In this document: piece by piece, positions 56,896 through 64,000 of the stretch
Layout: every line of letters begins with the position of its first letter
Numbering within the stretch: the first letter of the stretch is position 1
Source of the DNA: Candidatus Binatia bacterium
GTDB lineage: Bacteria; Desulfobacterota; Binatia; UBA9968; JAJDTQ01
Reading direction: 5' to 3'
DNA: 64,000 nucleotides
Assembly (NCBI GenBank): GCA_963666515.2
Contig: OY762897.2
Span: 4,192,001 to 4,256,000 of the forward strand
Position numbers and translations under genes: made by a program
The notes under the pieces: model-generated
Told to the model about the DNA's origin: nothing
Seen by the model: the letters and a program-made list of their open reading frames with translations, nothing else
The model's database searches: none

Positions 56896-59800
56896 TCAGT
56901 TCCTGGCCTTGCGCATCCGCGCCAGCGTTTCCGCGGCCGGATGACGCGCGGCCCGGAGCGCGGAAGGGAAGTGGTCCTTGCGGCAGATCTCCGATACCTC
57001 GCAATAGCTGCAGTATTTGCCGGGCATGATGAAGAACTCCCCGTCGCGGATGCCCCGAAGGAACCGCGCCACCGCGTCGCGGATGCGTTCGCCGGAACGT
57101 TCCCGCATGGTCGGGGCGGAGAATTCGCAACGGGCCAGGGGGCCGTCGTCCCAGCGCCGCGCGAGGAAGTACAGGGCCGCTTCCACGGCGGTGTCCGGCG
57201 ATGCGCCCCTGGCGCAGGCGTGCTCGGCGGCCAGCAGCACGTAGAGGGGCAACTGCAGCTTCTGCCCGCGCACCGCCGCCAGCACCGGACGCATGTCCTC
57301 CGTCTGAGGGTTCCGGCCGGTCTTGTACTTGTAGTCGACGACCCGGTAGCGGCCGTCCCGGTCGTTGCAGTCCACGCGGTCCAGGCGGCCGTGCACCGGC
57401 AGGTCCCGGAGGTCTTCGGGCCAGTCCGCGTCGAGACGCGCGGTCAGCTCCATTTCGAGGTCCACGGGGCGGAAGCCCGATTGCGTCATCTCGTCCCGGT
57501 CCGCCCGGACCACCTCCTGCAGCATGCCGGCCAGCTCTTCCCGGGCCGTTTCCCAGGCCGCGGGGTAGCCGGTGGGACAGTGCTCTTCGAACGCGGACAG
57601 GACCTCGGCCGCGGCGCCGTCGAGCCACGCGCTCCAGCCGTCCCCCCAGGCGCGGTCGGCGTCCTGGTAGAACCGCTGCAGGATCTCGTGGCAGATCTGC
57701 CCCCATTCCAGGGCCTGGACCGGCTCCGCGGCCTCCGGCCGCTCCAGCCGTTCCAGCCGGAGCACGCGGCGGGCGTAGTACTGGAAGGGGCAGCGGCCGT
57801 AGGCCTCCAGCGTGGTGGGAGAGACGCCGTCCTCCAGGATCTTGTTCCACACCTCTCCGAGGGGACCGGTGACGCCGTCCAGCGCCCCCGGTGCTCCCGC
57901 GCCGTCCTCCAGCGCGCGGACCGCGGCGGCGCTCCTCCGGAAACTCTCCGAGGAGGCGCCGCTCATGCGCACCAGCGGGGTCGGGTCCCGTCCTCCCAGC
58001 GCCTGCCGCACCGCCAGCTCCTCCGGCAGGAGCCACCGGGGGTCGTCGAACGGCGGGACGCGTTGCTTGCCGAGAACGCTCTTGGGAATCGCGCCGGCGT
58101 CCATGCCGCGGCTTTGCCCGCGGGAGCCTGCGTCCACCTCGCGGAGGTACCAGGACGGGGCCAGCGGCCGGCCGGCCGCGTCCGAGCGCTGGTAGCTGCA
58201 ATGGAGGCGGTCGGTGACCGAGCCCGAGAGCAGCGCGAACAGCAGCCTCTCCTCGTCGTAGCCCGCCAGCTTCGAGGAGATCTTGCAGCCCAGGTCGGTC
58301 TCCAGCACGCGCCGCGCGTGGTCCCGCAGGAACGGGTCCTCGCGGATGGTGCGCGGGAACACGCCCTCGTTCATGCCCACGAGGAACAGCGCCCGGAAGG
58401 GGATGCCGCGCGCCGACCCGGCGTCCATGACCTGGACGCCGGCCGCCACCTCACGGGCCGGCGGCGCCGAGGCCCGCTCCAGGCTCCTGCGCAGGGCGGC
58501 GGCGAACGTCTCCAAAGTCACCGTCGGGGTGATCGCCTCCAGGGCCGCCAGCCCGTCGAAGGTCTCGTCGATGGCTTGCGCCACGCCCGCGGCGGCTTCG
58601 TCCGATCCGGGGTTGAGGAAGCGGTCGATGACCGCGCGCCAGCGGGCCGCCAGGTCCGACCACGTGCCCTTTTCCGGCAGCGCGCTCAGTTGCTCGTGCA
58701 GGGCGTTGACGACCTTCAGGAGCGCGTCGACCTGCCACGGCGGGATGCGCAGGGGCCGGCCTTCCTCGTCGTGCATGAGGCTCAGCCGGAGGCCCTTGTC
58801 GAGGTAGCGCTCCAGGCGGCGCCATTCGCCCATGCCGCGGGTGATGCGCGACGCACGGGTGGCGACGTCCCACAGCTCGGGCCTGGGGTCGGCGCCCGGC
58901 CCCAGGACGGCCCGGAAGTTGAAGTCGTGGGACGACACGAGGTCGATGATCCCGGCGCGCGGGTAGTCCCGGACCGGCAGGTCCAGCAGCGTCAGCACGG
59001 CGCGGACCCGGTTGAAGCGACGGAGAGACTCGCGGGCCGGGGTGTGGAACGGGATCCCGTGTTCGGGAAAGATCTCCTGGATCCACGGCAGGTAGGGTTC
59101 CAGCGAGCGCGCCACGACCCCCACGCCATGGAAGTCGAACCCTTCCTCCTCCACCAGCCGGAGCACGCTCTTGGCCACGGTGAGGACCTCGTCCCTGGGC
59201 CCGGCGCAACTGGTGATGTCGCGGCGCGGTGAGGGTGCGGTGACGGGTTTCGCTCCGTCGTGGAGCAGGTCCGCCACTTCGTCCGCGCCGGCGAGGCCAC
59301 GGAGGTAACGGTCGTAGAAGTCCTGGGCGAAAGACCAGTACGGACGGCCTTGGGCCAGGGGATAGAAGAGGGTCAGGGGGTGGTTGCCCGCGACCGCCCG
59401 AAAGAGTTCCATCTGGCTCTGGGTCAGGTCGTAGAAGCCGTAGTAGTATACGCGTTCGAACTGCCCGAGATAGGCCGAGCCCGGCGCGTGCCGCGCCACC
59501 GCCGCGTCGAGGTCCTGGTGGTCCTGCGCCCGCCACTCCGGGAAGCGGCGCCTCACCTCCCGGTACAACTCGAAGAGGTCGCCCAGCGCGTTCCCGTCCC
59601 GGTCGCCGAACAGCCCCTCCCGCAGGGCCTCCAGCGCGGTCTCGGGGTCCACCATGCCGTCCTTGAGGTCGCGCAGGCTTTGCCACAGCGCGGAGCAGGC
59701 GCCGTCGTCCTCCAGCATCCGGGCGAACCTGCCGCGGGCCGGGATCACGCGCTTCAGGGACTCTTCCATGAAGGTCTCGTCCCTCAACGTCGGCGCCGCC

Positions 59801-60036
59801 GGGCCGGCCATCTCGTGGAACAGGTTCAGGCTGAGCTGGAAGAACGTGAGGACGTGGAAATTCAGCAGGGGAAGGCCGTGCTCGTGCGCCAGCAGGACCT
59901 TGACGCGCCGGCGCAGCGTCTCCGAGGGCACTACCAGCAGCAGCGGGGCCAGCGGGTCATGCTCCCGCCGCTGCCGGACCTCTTCCGCCAGCGCGTCTTC
60001 CAGGTAGGGGTGGTAGGGACCCAGGACGATCTTCAT
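56896..60036 (-). CDS. addB: AddB-like inactive helicase + Fe-S PD-(D/E)XK nuclease
   Basis: YGFYDLT, GMNEGVFP, SPTTLEAYGRCPFQY, GRLDRVD..VVDYK, LQLPLY, CSYCEVSEIC. Confidence 0.82.
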   Translation of the reverse strand: MKIVLGPYHPYLEDALAEEVRQRREHDPLAPLLLVVPSETLRRRVKVLLAHEHGLPLLNFHVLTFFQLSLNLFHEMAGPAAPTLRDETFMEESLKRVIPARGRFARMLEDDGACSALWQSLRDLKDGMVDPETALEALREGLFGDRDGNALGDLFELYREVRRRFPEWRAQDHQDLDAAVARHAPGSAYLGQFERVYYYGFYDLTQSQMELFRAVAGNHPLTLFYPLAQGRPYWSFAQDFYDRYLRGLAGADEVADLLHDGAKPVTAPSPRRDITSCAGPRDEVLTVAKSVLRLVEEEGFDFHGVGVVARSLEPYLPWIQEIFPEHGIPFHTPARESLRRFNRVRAVLTLLDLPVRDYPRAGIIDLVSSHDFNFRAVLGPGADPRPELWDVATRASRITRGMGEWRRLERYLDKGLRLSLMHDEEGRPLRIPPWQVDALLKVVNALHEQLSALPEKGTWSDLAARWRAVIDRFLNPGSDEAAAGVAQAIDETFDGLAALEAITPTVTLETFAAALRRSLERASAPPAREVAAGVQVMDAGSARGIPFRALFLVGMNEGVFPRTIREDPFLRDHARRVLETDLGCKISSKLAGYDEERLLFALLSGSVTDRLHCSYQRSDAAGRPLAPSWYLREVDAGSRGQSRGMDAGAIPKSVLGKQRVPPFDDPRWLLPEELAVRQALGGRDPTPLVRMSGASSESFRRSAAAVRALEDGAGAPGALDGVTGPLGEVWNKILEDGVSPTTLEAYGRCPFQYYARRVLRLERLERPEAAEPVQALEWGQICHEILQRFYQDADRAWGDGWSAWLDGAAAEVLSAFEEHCPTGYPAAWETAREELAGMLQEVVRADRDEMTQSGFRPVDLEMELTARLDADWPEDLRDLPVHGRLDRVDCNDRDGRYRVVDYKYKTGRNPQTEDMRPVLAAVRGQKLQLPLYVLLAAEHACARGASPDTAVEAALYFLARRWDDGPLARCEFSAPTMRERSGERIRDAVARFLRGIRDGEFFIMPGKYCSYCEVSEICRKDHFPSALRAARHPAAETLARMRKARN

Positions 60037-60151
60037 GGGGTAGCGGGAATTGGCGCCCTTCGACTTCGCTCGAACAACGGGAATCTCCGGGAAATTTGGC
60101 AGACCCGGCGCGCGTTGCCAAGGTCAACCGGGCACTGTTAACCTCAGCCGC

Positions 60152-60874
60152 GTGAGAGTCCACTTTCTCGGCTCCGGGGACGCCTTCGGCAGCGGCGGCA
60201 GAAACCAGACCGCGTACCTGCTGGAGGACGGCTCGCGCCTTCATCTCCTCGACTGCGGGCCTTCGACGCTGCCGGCCCTCAGGCGCGCCGGCCTCGACCC
60301 GGCGGACCTGGACGCGGTCATCCTGAGCCACCTGCACGGCGACCACTTCGGCGGCCTGCCCTTCTTCTTCATCCACTACCTGTACAACGAGCCCCGGAGC
60401 CGTCCGCTTGAGGTGGCCGGCCCTCCGGGCACCGAGGAGCGCGTGCGCGGTCTCATGACGCTCATGTACGGCGAGAAGGCTCTGCCGTTCGCGGTCTTTC
60501 CGGTGCTGGAGCCGGACACGGTCACCGTCGTGGCCGGGGCCGAGGTTCTGGCCTTCCGGGTGCCGCACCAGACCGATGCCGTCTCCCTCGGCCTGAGGGT
60601 CACGCTCGCGGGGCGCACCGTGCTCTTCTCCGGCGATTCAAGCTGGACGGACGAGTTCATCACCCACAGCCGGGGCGCGGACCTGTTCATCTGCGAGTGC
60701 TGCCACTACGATGTCCCGTCGCCATCGCACATGAGCTACATGGAGATCGCCGCGCGCCGGGAGCGCCTGGAGTGCGGGCAACTGATCCTCACGCACATGG
60801 GCGAGGAGATGCTGGCCCGGCGCGGGTCGCTGCCGGTGGAGACCGCGGAGGACGGACTGGTGGTGGAGCTTTGA
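60152..60874 (+). CDS. MBL-fold metallohydrolase (RNase Z/BN-like)
   Basis: FLGSGDAFGSGGR, LDCG, SHLHGDHFGG, FSGDS, LTHM. Confidence 0.88.
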   Translation: MRVHFLGSGDAFGSGGRNQTAYLLEDGSRLHLLDCGPSTLPALRRAGLDPADLDAVILSHLHGDHFGGLPFFFIHYLYNEPRSRPLEVAGPPGTEERVRGLMTLMYGEKALPFAVFPVLEPDTVTVVAGAEVLAFRVPHQTDAVSLGLRVTLAGRTVLFSGDSSWTDEFITHSRGADLFICECCHYDVPSPSHMSYMEIAARRERLECGQLILTHMGEEMLARRGSLPVETAEDGLVVEL

Positions 60875-60896
60875 AAGCCGGAAAGGGGGAAGTTGC

Positions 60897-61334
60897 ATGA
60901 GCAGTCTGGCGAAGGACACGAGGGCGACGATGATTCCGGCGCTTCGGTACAGGGACGCAGCCAGGGCCATCGACTGGCTGTGCGAGGCGTTCGGCTTTGA
61001 GCGGCACCTGGTGGTGCCCGGCGAGGGCGGCGTCATCCTCCACGCCCAGCTCGTGTTCGGCAACGGCATGATGATGCTGGGCTCGGCCCGGGACGACGAC
61101 TACGCGGCGCTTCAGCAGCCCCTGCCGGACCCCGGCGGTCCGGTGTCGCAAAGCACCTACGTCATCGTCACCGACGTGGACGCACACCACGCCAGGGCGG
61201 CGGCCGTGGGCGCGGAGATCGTCATGGCCCCGGAGGATCAGGACTACGGGGGCCGGCTCTACTCCTGCCGGGACCCGGAAGGCAATCTCTGGAACTTCGG
61301 CAGCTACGACCCCTGGGACGACAACGGGCCATAG
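60897..61334 (+). CDS. VOC/glyoxalase (PhnB-like) protein
   Basis: PALRYRDAARAIDWLCEAFGF, HAQLVFGNG, DQDYGGR..RDPEGNLW. Confidence 0.9.
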   Translation: MSSLAKDTRATMIPALRYRDAARAIDWLCEAFGFERHLVVPGEGGVILHAQLVFGNGMMMLGSARDDDYAALQQPLPDPGGPVSQSTYVIVTDVDAHHARAAAVGAEIVMAPEDQDYGGRLYSCRDPEGNLWNFGSYDPWDDNGP

Positions 61335-61434
61335 CGGGTAGGGTGTGTCGCGGCACGCTCCCGGTGACCTGCCCGCGCTTTCTTGGAGCGGATTTGCGCA
61401 GGATCACACGGCCGCGTAGACTTCGTCCTGCAAC

Positions 61435-61472
61435 TTGACATACCGCCGGGCGTTTCCTACAACCCCGCCATG
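61435..61472 (+). promoter_or_regulatory. Sigma70-like promoter, likely leaderless ferredoxin mRNA
   Basis: TTGACA(61435)-N17-TACAAC(61458)-N6-ATG(61470); no SD. Confidence 0.6.
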
Positions 61473-61754
61473 CCTAGAGTCACTTTCATGCCGTTGGGGC
61501 AGAGCTTTGAGGTCGAGGACGGCACCACCATCCTGGTGGCGGCCATACGCAACGGCGTCAAGCTGCGCCACGACTGCACCGAGGCCATCTGCGGCACCGA
61601 CAAGGTGAAGATCCTGTCCGGCGAGAACAACCTGAGCCCCGTGGACGACAACGAGGAGTTGACGCTGTCCATGCTCGAATCGGATGCCGCCGACCGCCTG
61701 GGATGCGTGGCCAAGGTGCTCGGCGACGTGATCGTGGAGATACCTTCCGAGTGA
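61470..61754 (+). CDS. 2Fe-2S ferredoxin-like protein (third Cys replaced by Asp)
   Basis: MPRVTF..G.TIL.AA, HDCTEAICGTD, RLGC. Confidence 0.85.
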   Translation: MPRVTFMPLGQSFEVEDGTTILVAAIRNGVKLRHDCTEAICGTDKVKILSGENNLSPVDDNEELTLSMLESDAADRLGCVAKVLGDVIVEIPSE

Positions 61755-61849
61755 TGGATGCGGCTGACTAGCAGAGAAACTCGTCCCCGACGACGCTGAT
61801 CTCGGAGGAAGGTCCTACCCTAATGAATCAGACACCCCGGCTCATAAAG

Positions 61850-62200
61850 AGATGGGGTCGTGTACGGACGAATTTGTGTGCAAAACCCAAATGGGCGGGC
61901 TGAACATCGTGTTGCAGAAGCCGAGACGGGTGCTTCTCAGAAAGCACATGGGCCTAATTCGAGCCATCTTGGAGCGAGTCTCGTGCTGCTCCAGCGTTTG
62001 GTTTGTATTTTCTCTCTTCATGAGATGAGATGTTAAGCATTTCAAGGAGTTAGGGGTCTCACACCGTTGGTTTGTGAGCCCCTTATGCATGCCTCCGTTT
62101 AAGGATCTCCCCGACGTGCCGAAGCTATTAAAATGTGGCGACACAGAGATAGCGATCTGGTATAAGGGGCCATCTGGCGAGATCCGATAGGGTTCCGGAA
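61850..62200 (+). ncRNA. Candidate AvcI-like antitoxin sRNA (speculative)
   Basis: Long lower-GC intergenic region with several hairpins directly 5' of an AvcD-like gene; support is positional analogy only. Confidence 0.25.
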
Positions 62201-62211
62201 GGAATTCAAAA

Positions 62212-63822
62212 GTGAGTGTTGCGTCAACAAATGTCCGGGCGAAGCAAAGTACTTCAAGACGCTCATCTCAGTCAGCAGTCAACGATTTGGCGGCAAACGA
62301 GTTGATTTTTGCTGTCGTGGGCGCAGCAGGGTCCGGTACAAGCGAGATTGCCAAAGCATTGGAGGCTCTACTCCCACAGCACGGCTACAGTCCTACGATG
62401 CTAAAGGCGCGAGTCGTGATTGAGTCGTCGATGGGCAATGCCCGGCAATCCTATCCCCACGACACAAGACTTGCCAAGAGCGAGGCATTACAGAATGCCG
62501 GAGATTCCCTACGGGAGACGACCGGCGATAACGCTGCCGTCGCTGTAGGACTTGTTAGAGAGATACGCGCCAAACGTGCTCAATATCAGGGAACCGAGTT
62601 GGAGCCCAACAAACCGGTTGAGCCCGACGGTACCAAACGGGCCTATATTCTCGATTCCATCCGCCATCCTGCCGAAGTCGCCCTATTGCGTCGGGTGTAC
62701 CAACAGGCGTTCTGCCTAATAGGTGTTTTCTGCCATGAGGATGAGCGGTTTCACCGTCTAAGCGCTGACAAATATTCGGATGCGAGTGCCAACGACATTC
62801 GTCGTTTCATGCGGCGTGATGAGAATGCTCCAGAAGTACATGGTCAGAAAGTGTCTGATGCCTTTCACCTTTCTGACTATTTCGTGGATAACACGCGTCC
62901 TCGATTCGTTAGGGTTGGCAACGTTGATACGCCAAATCAGGACTGGGACGTTTCGGATCAACTTGGCCGCCTCGTCGATATACTCACCCGCAATCGTCTG
63001 ATCCGCCCAAGGCCAAATGAAACAGGGATGTTCCATGCTCACGGTGCCCGAATGCAGAGCAGTTGCTTGTCGAGGCAGGTCGGTGCAGCGTTGTTAGATG
63101 AACGCGGAGCGGTTGTAGCAACCGGTACAAACGAGGTCCCCCGTGCCGGCGGGGGCGTGTACGGTGGGGTGCTTCTACCAGTTGGGAGTGCTGATCCCGA
63201 ACCGGATCAGGATTTCCGTTGTTTCGTTTACAACAAGTATTGCACGAATACTCGGCAACAAAATGAGATCATTGATGAGCTTCTTGGAGTTATCGGTGAA
63301 ACTACGGGAGGCAAACCACCCGATGAATTGAAGACGCGAATAAAAAGCAGCCGAATTGGACAGATTTTGGAATTCAGCCGTGCCGTTCACGCTGAAATGG
63401 ACGCGTTGTTGTCGGCAGCAAGAAACGGCATCAAAACTGTGGGTACGCGGCTTTTCGTAACGACGTTTCCCTGCCATAGCTGTGCCCGCCATATCGTGAC
63501 CGCTGGGGTCGAAGAAGTGCAGTACATTGAACCGTACCTGAAGAGCCAAGCCATTCCTCTACATGGCGACGCGATTGTGACCGACCCGAAGAGTTGGAAG
63601 CCGCCTTCAATTCCCGAAACTCCACAAGTCTGTCCCAATGTGTTGTTCCGCGCGTTCATTGGGGTGGCGCCGCGGCTCTACCGTCGAGCTTTCATGAAGG
63701 ACGGAGAACTGAAGGACGCCGACACTGGTGACATGAACCTGCCCGTGTCGAGTGACTACACGACATCGCCGACGCTAAGGGTGAGCTATGCGGAGGTCGA
63801 AGCGCGAATCTCGGCATTATAG
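62212..63822 (+). CDS. Anti-phage dCTP deaminase (P-loop kinase + dCMP deaminase; AvcD/DcdV-like)
   Basis: VGAAGSGTS, LDSIRHPAEV, SCLSRQVGAA, GTNEVP, AVHAEMDA, TFPCHSCARH; lower GC. Confidence 0.92.
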   Translation: MSVASTNVRAKQSTSRRSSQSAVNDLAANELIFAVVGAAGSGTSEIAKALEALLPQHGYSPTMLKARVVIESSMGNARQSYPHDTRLAKSEALQNAGDSLRETTGDNAAVAVGLVREIRAKRAQYQGTELEPNKPVEPDGTKRAYILDSIRHPAEVALLRRVYQQAFCLIGVFCHEDERFHRLSADKYSDASANDIRRFMRRDENAPEVHGQKVSDAFHLSDYFVDNTRPRFVRVGNVDTPNQDWDVSDQLGRLVDILTRNRLIRPRPNETGMFHAHGARMQSSCLSRQVGAALLDERGAVVATGTNEVPRAGGGVYGGVLLPVGSADPEPDQDFRCFVYNKYCTNTRQQNEIIDELLGVIGETTGGKPPDELKTRIKSSRIGQILEFSRAVHAEMDALLSAARNGIKTVGTRLFVTTFPCHSCARHIVTAGVEEVQYIEPYLKSQAIPLHGDAIVTDPKSWKPPSIPETPQVCPNVLFRAFIGVAPRLYRRAFMKDGELKDADTGDMNLPVSSDYTTSPTLRVSYAEVEARISAL

Positions 63823-63837
63823 CCGCGAGAAATACTG

Positions 63838-64000
63838 ATGAGTGCCAGGGAGCCAACGTCATATCTTCGTCTGGTAGTTCGACGACCACAGGTTGGTTCG
63901 GCTGAATCGCCCGAAGTCGAAAATAGACCGAAGCAACTGTCGTTGTGGTACCCTGAACCTTCGGCAATTTTCTTGCTGAGCGTCGCGTGGATGGGTCGCG
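63838..64000 (+). CDS. Hypothetical protein (3'-truncated by window edge), putative partner of the dCTP deaminase
   Basis: ATG 15 nt after the deaminase stop; open to the window end: MSAREPTSYLRLVVRRPQVGSAESPEVENRPKQLSLWYPEPSAIFLLSVAWMGR. Confidence 0.5.
   Translation, partial: MSAREPTSYLRLVVRRPQVGSAESPEVENRPKQLSLWYPEPSAIFLLSVAWMGR

Noticed and set aside
53478-59232. 1183-aa and 864-aa plus-strand ORFs
   Set aside because: Antisense shadows of addA and addB
53349-60036. Novel helicase-nuclease defence system or Cas4
   Set aside because: Size, order, motifs and host-like GC fit housekeeping AddAB
61842-62144. 100-aa minus-strand ORF upstream of the deaminase
   Set aside because: No motif, SD or coding-like composition; treated as non-coding

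Overview
A high-GC bacterial window with no rRNA, tRNA or CRISPR array recognised. The gene content resembles uncultured Deltaproteobacteria/Binatia-like lineages such as sponge symbionts; this is an inference. The backbone is catabolic and housekeeping: enoyl-CoA hydratase, an EutA-like ATPase with a bicupin, class III CoA-transferase, nth, a xanthine-dehydrogenase-family triad, four amidohydrolases, amidase, LLM, Zn-ADH, Mo-bisPGD oxidoreductase, TauD, a GrdE-like protein, SDR, TctC, AddAB and a ferredoxin. The junctions between these genes are packed with accessory DNA: five intact ATPase(+PD-(D/E)XK nuclease) genes, four classical type II TA pairs, an atypical large-partner PIN pair, a GmrSD-like DUF262 gene, two IS1380 copies (one splits an HNH-like gene), a MITE inserted into a REP-like hairpin, several TA/ATPase gene scars, and an anti-phage dCTP deaminase at the right end. 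Best candidates for undescribed biology: (1) the dCTP deaminase with a structured upstream region and an unannotated downstream ORF; (2) the 312-aa protein + PIN module; (3) EutA-like ATPase + bicupin without EutBC; (4) repeat and palindrome sites linked to the AAA_14/DUF4143 ATPases. All family calls come from motif recognition by eye; no database searches were run.
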